IMG/VR virus record: IMGVR_UViG_3300009077_000017
Span: 1 to 24,441 of that record
Strand: one strand, 5' to 3'
Source: a virus
Lineage: Duplodnaviria; Caudoviricetes
Length of the DNA stretch: 24,441 nt
Each line of letters begins with the position of its first letter. Position 1 is the first letter of the stretch. Position numbers and translations under genes: made by a program. Under the pieces are notes generated by a model. That model saw only the letters and a program-made list of their open reading frames with translations. It did not search any database and was not told the DNA's origin. This document shows, piece by piece, positions 8,972 through 17,057 of this stretch.

Positions 8972-9367
8972 ATGAATAATTTTATGTTGTTGAACGAGTC
9001 TAACGTGTTCAACTACCAGATGAAATCTTATGACAATCCCCAGTGTCACAACATGGAAGAGTTTCTTGGCGATATGAAACGTATCAAATACGTCAAGAGA
9101 CTCTTTCATAAATATCACACAAAGGATATTTTGAAAGAAAGATTGATTATAAATCATTTGGTAGTTTTATATAATGTTTTGGGTAATGTGCCGTGTAGTA
9201 GGGTTTTGTTTCTAAAAATAGAATCTGAACAATATTATATTTTAGCAAGCTTTCTGAAATTTTTGAATAAATTGCCCGAAAAGGTGGACGGAATAAACGG
9301 TGTTTCTATATATACAAACGATATAAAATTGGACAATCACATATTAGAAGAATTGGAAAAGATTTAA
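8972..9367 (+). CDS. Conserved T4-like phage hypothetical protein
   Basis: YDNPQC...EEF..DMKRIKYVKRL...LKERLIINHLVVLYNV pattern recalled from marine T4-like phages. Confidence 0.8.
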   Translation: MNNFMLLNESNVFNYQMKSYDNPQCHNMEEFLGDMKRIKYVKRLFHKYHTKDILKERLIINHLVVLYNVLGNVPCSRVLFLKIESEQYYILASFLKFLNKLPEKVDGINGVSIYTNDIKLDNHILEELEKI

Positions 9368-10015
9368 ATGGCCGGCGTATTCAATGCATTTCTTGCGTAT
9401 AAGTTTATAAAAATATTGACATCAGATTGGAATAAACAAGATGCATTTGATCTTGGTATTATTGATGCCAATGGCAAAGTGTTGAAAAAATCTGGTGAAT
9501 TGAAGTCCAGAAAAGAAAAACAGGCCTTTACCACTTTCCATAAAATTATTTTTAATCTCAAAAGAATTCTTGCAAAATTTCCTGGCGGGTCATCTAAGAT
9601 TGCCACCTATGCTGCTGCTATGGCGCTTCTAAAGGAAAATAAAGAAGGGTTGCAAGATTCTGATATTGTGTTGATGGAAAATCTCTTGATTGATTATATC
9701 AATTTACAAGAAGAAAAAAATCACGATTTGATATTGACAGAAGAAATCGCAAACACTGCATCATCTGCAGCTCTTGGTGGTTACAATGAAAATCCTTGGA
9801 AAAAAGAATTTGCCGGTATGAGAGTCTTTAAGGTCAAACCGGACGCATACGAAAAATTCTTAAAGGGCAAGAAAAAATATTCTCGATGGGAACCATTCTT
9901 ACGCAGAGAAGATGCTTCCGATATTAGAGAATATATCAAAAGAAATCCAAAAAAACGAGTCGTATTGCAAGATGAACAATATGGAACTATGTTTATATTG
10001 CAAAGGGATTTGTAG
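9368..10015 (+). CDS. Conserved T4-like phage hypothetical protein (two parts joined by an LTEE linker)
   Basis: YKFIKILTSDW..QDAFDLGIIDANGK motif; directly abuts the upstream stop. Confidence 0.8.
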   Translation: MAGVFNAFLAYKFIKILTSDWNKQDAFDLGIIDANGKVLKKSGELKSRKEKQAFTTFHKIIFNLKRILAKFPGGSSKIATYAAAMALLKENKEGLQDSDIVLMENLLIDYINLQEEKNHDLILTEEIANTASSAALGGYNENPWKKEFAGMRVFKVKPDAYEKFLKGKKKYSRWEPFLRREDASDIREYIKRNPKKRVVLQDEQYGTMFILQRDL

Positions 10016-10021
10016 TATAAA

Positions 10022-10414
10022 ATGTTTTTATTGTCAATGTTTAAAGGTGCAAAAATTTATCTGGTATTAGCAATCATTGGTATCCTTACTGGTGGTTGGT
10101 TTTACATGCAGAGATTGCAAGCAAATATTGACACTCTAAAAATCAACAATTCAAAATTATCTACTGCTGTCGATAGTAAGAACATCGAAATAAAACGACT
10201 GAACGCAAATATAGTCGAAGTCAAAGAAATAAACACGCGCATAAGTGAAAAGAGCGCTGAATTGCGATCAGAAGTTACTGGTTTGAGAAAAACCCTATCT
10301 GAACATGATTTGGGATTTCTTGCTGCGAATAAACCGGCCCTAATAGAAAATATTATAAATAAAAGTATACAAAATGATTTGAAGTCTGATATCATGGAAT
10401 TGACAAATGATTAA
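10022..10414 (+). CDS. Putative inner-membrane spanin (Rz-like)
   Basis: Single N-terminal TM helix (IYLVLAIIGILTGGWFYM) then a long coiled coil; overlaps a downstream lipoprotein gene. Confidence 0.7.
   Translation: MFLLSMFKGAKIYLVLAIIGILTGGWFYMQRLQANIDTLKINNSKLSTAVDSKNIEIKRLNANIVEVKEINTRISEKSAELRSEVTGLRKTLSEHDLGFLAANKPALIENIINKSIQNDLKSDIMELTND
10354..10361 (+). promoter_or_regulatory. Possible internal late promoter for the o-spanin gene
   Basis: Exact TATAAATA about 45 nt upstream of ATG 10407, inside the i-spanin CDS; could be chance in AT-rich DNA. Confidence 0.4.
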
Positions 10415-10769
10415 AATATTGATTGGTATTGTATTGAGTGTTGTGTTGGCTGGTTGCTCAAGTCTAGTGAAACCAGAAGAACGTATAATAACCGAAGAAG
10501 TTTTTGTGGAAAAAATACCACTCGAGCTAAGTATGCCCGCGCCAGTTAATTGGCAAGACTTCAAATTTATTGTTGTGACGCCTGATAATTATAAAGAAGT
10601 TACAGATAGATTGAAAAGTGAAGGAAAAAGTATTGCATTATTTGCACTCGACCATCCGGACTATGAAAATTTATCACTAACCGTTATTGACATGAAAAGA
10701 TACATTGGTGAACAGAAAGTTATTATACTAGAATATAAAGAGTATTACGAATCAGTAGAGCAGGAATAA
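10407..10769 (+). CDS. Putative outer-membrane spanin lipoprotein (Rz1-like)
   Basis: Signal peptide II with lipobox VLAG-C; Pro-containing periplasmic part; 8-nt overlap with the i-spanin candidate. Confidence 0.72.
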   Translation: MIKILIGIVLSVVLAGCSSLVKPEERIITEEVFVEKIPLELSMPAPVNWQDFKFIVVTPDNYKEVTDRLKSEGKSIALFALDHPDYENLSLTVIDMKRYIGEQKVIILEYKEYYESVEQE

Positions 10770-10773
10770 TTAA

Positions 10774-11058
10774 ATGGACAGTCCACAGAATAACGTCAGA
10801 CTCGACCGTATCGAAGAAAAAATTGATAGAATGGCTGATGCCATGATTTCGATTGCCCGTGCAGAAGAAAAAATTCTTGCCATCGAGCAAAAACATTCTG
10901 CTCAGTATGATAGAATTAATAAACTATCGGAAAAAATGGATCATTTGACAACAGCTGTTGCTGAAAATTCTAGGACTACTACTGCATTTCAAAAAGCGTT
11001 TTGGATGGTATTCGCTGCGGCCGTATCTGCCGCGATTGCTCATTTTTATATGACATAA
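10774..11058 (+). CDS. Coiled-coil protein with C-terminal TM helix (holin/XhlA-like candidate)
   Basis: RLDRIEEKIDR coiled coil, C-terminal AFWMVFAAAVSAAIAHF; CAGGA RBS; next to the spanins. Function inferred only. Confidence 0.55.
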   Translation: MDSPQNNVRLDRIEEKIDRMADAMISIARAEEKILAIEQKHSAQYDRINKLSEKMDHLTTAVAENSRTTTAFQKAFWMVFAAAVSAAIAHFYMT

Positions 11059-11072
11059 ATTTTCTAAATATA

Positions 11073-11101
11073 TTGACACAACGCAATTTTTACTGTATTA
11101 T
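11073..11101 (+). promoter_or_regulatory. sigma70-type promoter of primase
   Basis: TTGACA (11073-11078), 17 bp, TATTAT (11096-11101). Confidence 0.75.
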
Positions 11102-11107
11102 TGTGTA

Positions 11108-12115
11108 ATGTTATATATTGATCGATCATTCATTCAAAGACTCTCTTCTCAACTCGAAGGATTTACACAAAAAAAGACCAACCTATATAATTGTAGGTGT
11201 CCAATTTGTGGCGATTCTCAAAAGAATTCCTATAAAATGCGTGGGTTTCTTTATGAAAAGAAAAACAACTTTAGGTACATCTGTCATAACTGCGGCGCGG
11301 GTATGTCTCTTGGCAATTTTATTAAGGAAGTAAATGTATCTTTATATCAAGAATATGTTATGGAGAAGTGGAAACAAGGTAAAAGTGCTCCTGCTGGAAT
11401 AAAAGAAAAAGATGTACCTATAAAATTTGACTTTGCACCAAAATTTTCTAGTAAGTGCTCATTTGATTATGGAGAAAAGATTATAGATTTGCCGGAGTCT
11501 CATCCGGCTAGAGTTTATTGTGAGGGTAGAAAGTTGCCCATGATGGATTTGTTATATTATACAGATGATTTCAAATCTGTAGTGGACAAACTCAAAGTAA
11601 CGAACAATATTCCCCAAAAAGAAAAACGAATAGTCATACCATTCTTCAATGAAAAGTGTGATTTGATAGCCTTACAAGGACGATCGCTCGATCCCAAATC
11701 TCATATGAGATATATCACCATTAAGGTGAAGGATGTGCCAAAGATATTTGGTTTGGACAGAGTCGATCCAACTAAGACTGTATATGTAGTCGAAGGTCCG
11801 ATAGACTCGTTATTCGTAGATAATGCGCTCGCTATGGCGGGTAGTGACATAGACAAAAGTTATTTTAAAGACTTTTCAGATGTAGTATTTGTCTATGATA
11901 ATGAGCCTAGAAACAAGGAAATTGTAAAGAAAATAGAGCAGTCAATAGACAATAATTTTTCGGTTGTAATATGGCCAGAAAAAGTGCGACAAAAAGATAT
12001 TAATGATATGATTCTGTCAGGAATCGACATTACAGAATTACAGGGAATACTAAGTAAATCTACCAGTAAAGACTTGGAAGCAAAATTAAAAATAGCGTCT
12101 TGGAAAAGGTGCTAG
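11108..12115 (+). CDS. gp61: DNA primase (T4 gp61-like)
   Basis: Zn finger CPICGDS...CHNC; RIVIPF...QGRSL; TOPRIM VVEGPIDSLF, YDNEPRN, KDINDM. Confidence 0.95.
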   Translation: MLYIDRSFIQRLSSQLEGFTQKKTNLYNCRCPICGDSQKNSYKMRGFLYEKKNNFRYICHNCGAGMSLGNFIKEVNVSLYQEYVMEKWKQGKSAPAGIKEKDVPIKFDFAPKFSSKCSFDYGEKIIDLPESHPARVYCEGRKLPMMDLLYYTDDFKSVVDKLKVTNNIPQKEKRIVIPFFNEKCDLIALQGRSLDPKSHMRYITIKVKDVPKIFGLDRVDPTKTVYVVEGPIDSLFVDNALAMAGSDIDKSYFKDFSDVVFVYDNEPRNKEIVKKIEQSIDNNFSVVIWPEKVRQKDINDMILSGIDITELQGILSKSTSKDLEAKLKIASWKRC

Positions 12116-12139
12116 AATATTCATTGAAGAGGGAAAAGA

Positions 12140-14368
12140 ATGTTAAAAGTAGTAAATTCGAATAATAAAGATATGGACGCGAGATCGGTAATGTCTCAGG
12201 CAAAATTCTATGAATCATATTCACGATGGGATGATAATCTCGAACGATATGAGTCTTGGGATGAGTCTGTAATTCGCGTCATGGATATGCACAGAAATTT
12301 TTATAAGGATAAAATGACACCAGAATTGTCATTGTTGATCGATGAGGCCGAATCATCGTATAAACTGAAATATGCTCTCGGAGCGCAGCGTGCATTGCAA
12401 TTCGGAGGAGATCAACTACTTAAACATCAAATGCGTATGTATAACTGCACATCCACATATGCAGATCGTGCTGCATATTTTCAAGAATTGTTTTATATTC
12501 TACTCTGCGGCGCCGGTGCAGGATTCTCCGTCCAGAAACATCATGTTGCAAAAATTCCAGATATTGCAGAAAGAAAGAAACAGGCCAAAGGTTGGTTAAT
12601 AGAAGATAGTATCGAAGGTTGGGCAGATGCTCTTGGAGTCTTGATGTCATCATATTTTGTGGGTGGTGGTACTCGTCCAGAATTTGAAGGCAGAAAAGTT
12701 TATTTCGATCTGTCACAAGTCCGCCCACAAGGATCAATGATTTCTGGTGGATTTAAAGCGCCCGGCCCAGAACCACTACGCAAGGCTTTGGATAAAATTG
12801 AACATCTAATTCAAACTCTGGTACTCAAAGGTGATACAAGACTATCTCCCATTCATGTATATGATATCTCTATGCACGCTGCAGATGCAGTACTGGCGGG
12901 TGGTGTAAGACGCTCTGCGACCATTTGTTTGTTCTCTAAAGATGACGAAGAAATGTTGACGGCAAAAACCGGCAATTGGTTTATCGACAATCCACAAAGA
13001 GGAAGATCAAATAACTCGGCAGTCATTGTGCGTAGTGAGATTACAAAAAATGAATTTTCTAATTGTATGAAATCGATCAAGGAATTTGGGGAGCCAGGAT
13101 TTTACTTTGTAGACAATACAGAGCACACCACAAATCCATGTGTAGAAATTGGTATGTATCCACAGATAGACGGTGAGAGCGGTTGGCAGGGGTGTAACCT
13201 TACCGAAATCAATGGTGGTAAGTGTACCACTAAGGAAGAGTTCTTTAAAGCCTGTCGGGCGGGTGCTATCATGGGTACATTGCAGGCAGGATATACAGAC
13301 TTTAAATATCTCTCAGAAACATCAAAGAAAATCTTTGATCGTGAAGCCCTGCTTGGTGTATCGGTAACAGGTTGGATGAATAATCCAGATGTATTGTTTG
13401 ACGATCAGATTCAAAAAGACGGCGCAGAAATTGTCAAAACTGTCAACAAACAGGTTGCAGAATTAATTGGCATTAATCAGGCTGCGCGTACAACATGTGT
13501 CAAACCATCTGGTAACGCTTCTGTTCTCTTAGAAACTGCATCAGGTATTCATGCAGAACATGCTCCAAAATATATTCGACATGTTCAAATGAATAAGGAT
13601 GCCGAAGTCGCACAGTTAATTGCAAAATCCAATCCATATATGATTGAAGAGTCAGTATGGTCTACGAGTCGTACAGACTATTGTATTGGATTTCCAGTAA
13701 TTTCGCCAGAAGGTTCTTTATATAAAGAAGAATTATTCGGTACTGCATTACTAGAAAAAGTACAACAGGTACAACAAAATTGGGTAGAAGCGGGAACAAA
13801 TGAACACCTCTGCGCCGATCCAACAGTAAGACATAATGTTTCGAACACCGTGACAGTACCAGAACATATGTGGTCAGAGGTTGAAGATTACTTGTTTGAC
13901 AATAAAGATTTCTTTGCGGGTGTATCATTCCTATCTGGTATGGGCGACAAAGACTTTCACCAAGCCCCAATGACTGAAGTGTTAGATGAAGATGAGATTG
14001 TTGCAAAATATGGTCGGGGTGCTTTGTTTGCTGCTGGTTTGATTGTAGATACTCGCAAGGGGTTTGATAATCTTTGGGAAGCCTGCTCAGTTGCACAAAT
14101 GCCACCAGAATATCAGGGTGAAATTTCAGATTTACGCGCCGAGTGGATTCGTAGGTTTAAGAAATTTGCAGATAATTACTTTATGAAAGATATGAAAATG
14201 GCGGAATATTGTCTCAAGGATGTTTTCTTGTGCCATAAGTGGACTAAGATTCAACAGAATATGAATCATGTTGACTTTACATATCAACTTACAACCAAGA
14301 AATTCACAGACATTGATACAATGGGATCTGCCGCATGTGTCGGTGGTGCGTGTGAGATAACTTTTTAA
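12140..14368 (+). CDS. nrdJ: Ribonucleotide reductase, probably class II monomeric type (adenosylcobalamin-dependent)
   Basis: NC, TNPCVEI, GCNLTE, TTCVKPSGN, GGVRRSA and C-terminal CVGGAC. GVSFL...QAP region resembles monomeric NrdJ; no Tyr-Tyr radical-relay pair and no adjacent nrdB. Confidence 0.85.
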   Translation: MLKVVNSNNKDMDARSVMSQAKFYESYSRWDDNLERYESWDESVIRVMDMHRNFYKDKMTPELSLLIDEAESSYKLKYALGAQRALQFGGDQLLKHQMRMYNCTSTYADRAAYFQELFYILLCGAGAGFSVQKHHVAKIPDIAERKKQAKGWLIEDSIEGWADALGVLMSSYFVGGGTRPEFEGRKVYFDLSQVRPQGSMISGGFKAPGPEPLRKALDKIEHLIQTLVLKGDTRLSPIHVYDISMHAADAVLAGGVRRSATICLFSKDDEEMLTAKTGNWFIDNPQRGRSNNSAVIVRSEITKNEFSNCMKSIKEFGEPGFYFVDNTEHTTNPCVEIGMYPQIDGESGWQGCNLTEINGGKCTTKEEFFKACRAGAIMGTLQAGYTDFKYLSETSKKIFDREALLGVSVTGWMNNPDVLFDDQIQKDGAEIVKTVNKQVAELIGINQAARTTCVKPSGNASVLLETASGIHAEHAPKYIRHVQMNKDAEVAQLIAKSNPYMIEESVWSTSRTDYCIGFPVISPEGSLYKEELFGTALLEKVQQVQQNWVEAGTNEHLCADPTVRHNVSNTVTVPEHMWSEVEDYLFDNKDFFAGVSFLSGMGDKDFHQAPMTEVLDEDEIVAKYGRGALFAAGLIVDTRKGFDNLWEACSVAQMPPEYQGEISDLRAEWIRRFKKFADNYFMKDMKMAEYCLKDVFLCHKWTKIQQNMNHVDFTYQLTTKKFTDIDTMGSAACVGGACEITF

Positions 14369-14404
14369 TATTACTATATACATCTGATTATTAAGGAATA
14401 TTAA

Positions 14405-14575
14405 ATGGAAACGATAGGTTGCGAACACTGTTCTGCTGAATTTAAAGTAGAAACCTATAATGATGAAGAAGTTCGATTTTGCCCTGTCTGCGGAGAGGCT
14501 CTTGAAATCTATATAAATATAGATGAACCAGAGCATGAAGTGGACGAGAGTGAATTATGGATGGAAGAAGAATAG
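14405..14575 (+). CDS. 56-aa zinc-ribbon protein with acidic tail (absent from ORF track)
   Basis: AAGGA RBS; METIGCEHCSAEFKVETYNDEEVRFCPVCGEALEIYINIDEPEHEVDESELWMEEE; two CxxC motifs. Confidence 0.85.
   Translation: METIGCEHCSAEFKVETYNDEEVRFCPVCGEALEIYINIDEPEHEVDESELWMEEE
14512..14519 (+). promoter_or_regulatory. T4-type late promoter upstream of the RuvC-like gene
   Basis: Exact TATAAATA about 37 nt upstream of ATG 14557, within the Zn-ribbon ORF. Confidence 0.55.
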
Positions 14576-15117
14576 GTGGTATTGATTATAGTTTATCGTG
14601 TCCAGCGGTGACTATCTATACCGGAGAGAAAGAAAATTTTAGTTTTGAAAACTGTCAATCTTTTTTTCTCTCCGGTGTTAAAAAATACGAAGATTATCAA
14701 TACAAAAATATAGAGGGTAGTCCACAGTTTAAATTGTGGGAAACCCCCGAAGAACGATATGACTTTATATCTGATTGGGCCTTGGACATTCTCATATCAA
14801 ATGGAATTGAATTAGTTGCAATAGAAGATTATAGTTATGGATCTAAAGGTAAAGTATTTCATATTGCGGAAAATACTGGATTATTGAAATGGAAAATTTG
14901 GAACGCAGATATAGAATATAAACTTATCGCTCCAACAGAAATCAAAAAGTTTGCGACCGGAAAAGGAAATGCAAACAAAGAAAAAATGTATGAATCATTT
15001 TTACAAGAAACTTCAAGAAATTTACAGGAAGAGCTTGTCATTAAGTCTGAAAAGATTGGCAACCCCACATCTGATATAGTGGACTCTTATTATATTTGTA
15101 AGATGGCACTATTATAA
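14557..15117 (+). CDS. RuvC-like Holliday junction resolvase
   Basis: GIDYS, VAIEDY, PTEIKKFATGKGNANKEKM and DIVDSY provide the D-E-D-D RNase H-fold pattern of the RuvC family. Confidence 0.8.
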   Translation: MDGRRIGGIDYSLSCPAVTIYTGEKENFSFENCQSFFLSGVKKYEDYQYKNIEGSPQFKLWETPEERYDFISDWALDILISNGIELVAIEDYSYGSKGKVFHIAENTGLLKWKIWNADIEYKLIAPTEIKKFATGKGNANKEKMYESFLQETSRNLQEELVIKSEKIGNPTSDIVDSYYICKMALL

Positions 15118-15120
15118 ATA
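15113..15120 (+). promoter_or_regulatory. T4-type late promoter
   Basis: Exact TATAAATA overlapping the upstream stop, then AAGGA and ATG 15141. Confidence 0.8.
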
Positions 15121-15140
15121 AAGAAAAAAAGGAAAGAAAA

Positions 15141-16019
15141 ATGAAAACTTTTAAAGAATTGCGTGAAGACTTGAATGGCTCTAATGAAGTAAATGAGATT
15201 GTTTCTAAATTGTTCCCTTGGACGACCGGACAGATTGACAAGGGATTGCATAAAATCCTAGACAAACTAGAAAAAATGACATCCAAACATGTTGGAACCG
15301 TGCAGAAGTCATCAATACCATCCGCTGGTAAGGATCGTGGAAATGAGTTTCCGAAATTTAAAAAAGAAGCAGAAGATTTTCACCGCAAAGCAAAAAAACA
15401 GTGGACATACTCAAAAAGAGAAGTTGGAGATTCATTTAGGTATTATGGTGATAAGAAAGTCCCAGCCGAACAAAAAGAAGCGGTAAGTGATCTGCAAGCA
15501 GAAATACAAAAAATCATAGACATGCATACACAATTAGAAAAAATGATGCAAACTACTGGAAATTCTGTGAAGTATCAAAGAACAATGGACAAACTAGACC
15601 GTGATACAAATAGAGTTTTTAAAGAAATTAGAAAAGTTACTGAAAGGGGCAATGCTAGTTATCGGGCGATGCAAGGCATGGCCAATCTCGCAAAAGCAAA
15701 GAAAATGACACATAAAACTCCGGGCCAAATAAACCCTAGAAAATTCAGAGCATATGCAAATATGGGCGAAGAACAAAGTTTTAGTGAATTTGCTAGCAAA
15801 TTTAAAATTGGTGATAAGTCTGCTATAAAAAAGGCAAAAGAATCAAATAATAAAAAGCTTAGTCCTACTAAGTTTTTGCAACCTATTATAAAAAGATTTC
15901 CAAAACATGAAGATGAGTTAAGGAAACATATAAGTACTCATGTTGAATTAGATAGTCCTAGTGGTTATGCCAAACTTAGGAAAGATATTAATGCGACTTT
16001 AGATAAAATAGCAAAATAA
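15141..16019 (+). CDS. Putative head-internal protein with capsid-targeting-like N-terminus
   Basis: Begins MKTFKELRE, like the T4 IP leaders (MKTFKEF / MKTYQEFIAE); basic helical body; late promoter. Confidence 0.7.
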   Translation: MKTFKELREDLNGSNEVNEIVSKLFPWTTGQIDKGLHKILDKLEKMTSKHVGTVQKSSIPSAGKDRGNEFPKFKKEAEDFHRKAKKQWTYSKREVGDSFRYYGDKKVPAEQKEAVSDLQAEIQKIIDMHTQLEKMMQTTGNSVKYQRTMDKLDRDTNRVFKEIRKVTERGNASYRAMQGMANLAKAKKMTHKTPGQINPRKFRAYANMGEEQSFSEFASKFKIGDKSAIKKAKESNNKKLSPTKFLQPIIKRFPKHEDELRKHISTHVELDSPSGYAKLRKDINATLDKIAK

Positions 16020-16022
16020 TAC

Positions 16023-16073
16023 TTGACTCTCATCCTCTCTTGTGGTATATTTAATTGTAACAAGAGAGGATGA
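16023..16073 (+). promoter_or_regulatory. sigma70-type promoter overlapped by a perfect 14-bp inverted repeat covering the RBS
   Basis: TTGACT (16023-16028), 17 bp, TGn-TATATT (16046-16051). Arms TCATCCTCTCTTGT (16030-16043) and ACAAGAGAGGATGA (16060-16073). Confidence 0.85.
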
Positions 16074-16079
16074 TTCGTT

Positions 16080-16439
16080 ATGACTACAGTAGGTGTTTTC
16101 AAAAGTAGATACATGAGAAACCGGAAATATTTCGAAGACTATGTGTCAGAAGATATGGACTCTTTAGACGATGTTGAATTGACAGTTGATGATGATGAAC
16201 ATGTCGTGATTCTAGAAAGAAAAGCTGCTATCACATCTGCATTGCTTACACTCACTCCCCGCGAAGAGCGTGTGGTACGGATGCGGTTTGGACTTGGTGG
16301 TTTAGACAAATCTTACACATTAGAAGAAATTGGTCAACAATATTGTGTGACTCGTGAAAGAATTCGTGGCATTACTATCCATGCTTTGCGGAAACTAAAA
16401 TGTTCTTCACGGTCAGTAACTTTGAGAGATTTTGTGTGA
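16080..16439 (+). CDS. Stand-alone sigma70 (RpoD) region 4 protein
   Basis: LTPREERVVRMRFGLG...YTLEEIGQQYCVTRERIR...ALRKLK..SRS..LRDF aligns by eye with the RpoD C-terminus; no region 2. Confidence 0.88.
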   Translation: MTTVGVFKSRYMRNRKYFEDYVSEDMDSLDDVELTVDDDEHVVILERKAAITSALLTLTPREERVVRMRFGLGGLDKSYTLEEIGQQYCVTRERIRGITIHALRKLKCSSRSVTLRDFV

Positions 16440-17014
16440 ATATCTTTATACTAGACAAAGACCCAAAAGTTGCGGCCCAATTGCAGTGCGATAAACATGT
16501 GGTAAAAATGATAGTAGAAAGTGCTCAGATGCTTTCTACTGCTCACCGCATGTTAGACGGTGTAGAAACACGCCGTAAGTCCAAGTCGGGCAAAACTATG
16601 TCAAAGTATTGGGAACTGTCAGATGCGCGTGAGAGCGTCTTATATAAGGCTGTTCACATGAGTCATCCGTGTACCGTGTGGACTATGGCCAGTGATAACA
16701 ACTATATGTGGCACTATGACCATTTTTCAGAACTATGTAGAGAATATACATACCGATACGGCAAAGTTCATATGACAGACACCCTATTGCGTAATGCATT
16801 AGGTAGACTTCCAAAAAATATCAAAGATGGGTATAGGTATGCTCTTACTCCATTTCCTCTTGCAATGAAGGCAAATCCAGAGTGCATTTTCCCCGAAGAC
16901 CCTGTAAAATCTTATCGTATGTTTTACGAAACCAAACAAGATCGGTTTAATATGGTGTGGACAAAACGACAAATACCAGAATGGTTCAATAAAACTATTG
17001 ACATCCCTGCGTAG
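16436..17014 (+). CDS. Pyrimidine-dimer DNA glycosylase / endonuclease V-like protein
   Basis: GTG start coupled to the upstream stop (GTGA). MNIFILD...CDKHVVKMIVESAQMLSTAH, HPCTVW, EYTYRYGKVH motifs. Confidence 0.8.
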   Translation: MNIFILDKDPKVAAQLQCDKHVVKMIVESAQMLSTAHRMLDGVETRRKSKSGKTMSKYWELSDARESVLYKAVHMSHPCTVWTMASDNNYMWHYDHFSELCREYTYRYGKVHMTDTLLRNALGRLPKNIKDGYRYALTPFPLAMKANPECIFPEDPVKSYRMFYETKQDRFNMVWTKRQIPEWFNKTIDIPA

Positions 17015-17026
17015 TTGTGGTAATAT
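16998..17026 (+). promoter_or_regulatory. sigma70-type promoter of rnh
   Basis: TTGACA (16998-17003), 17 bp, TGn-TAATAT (17021-17026). Confidence 0.75.
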
Positions 17027-17057
17027 ATAGTAGTAGAAACAAAACAGAGATGTACAA

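Noticed and set aside
12140-14368. Intron or intein in the RNR, or a class I nrdA call
   Set aside because: ORF is continuous and of normal length; lacks the YY pair and an adjacent nrdB.
16030-16073. 14-bp inverted repeat as an intrinsic terminator
   Set aside because: No U-tract follows, the loop is 16 nt and contains a -10 box, and the right arm contains the RBS.
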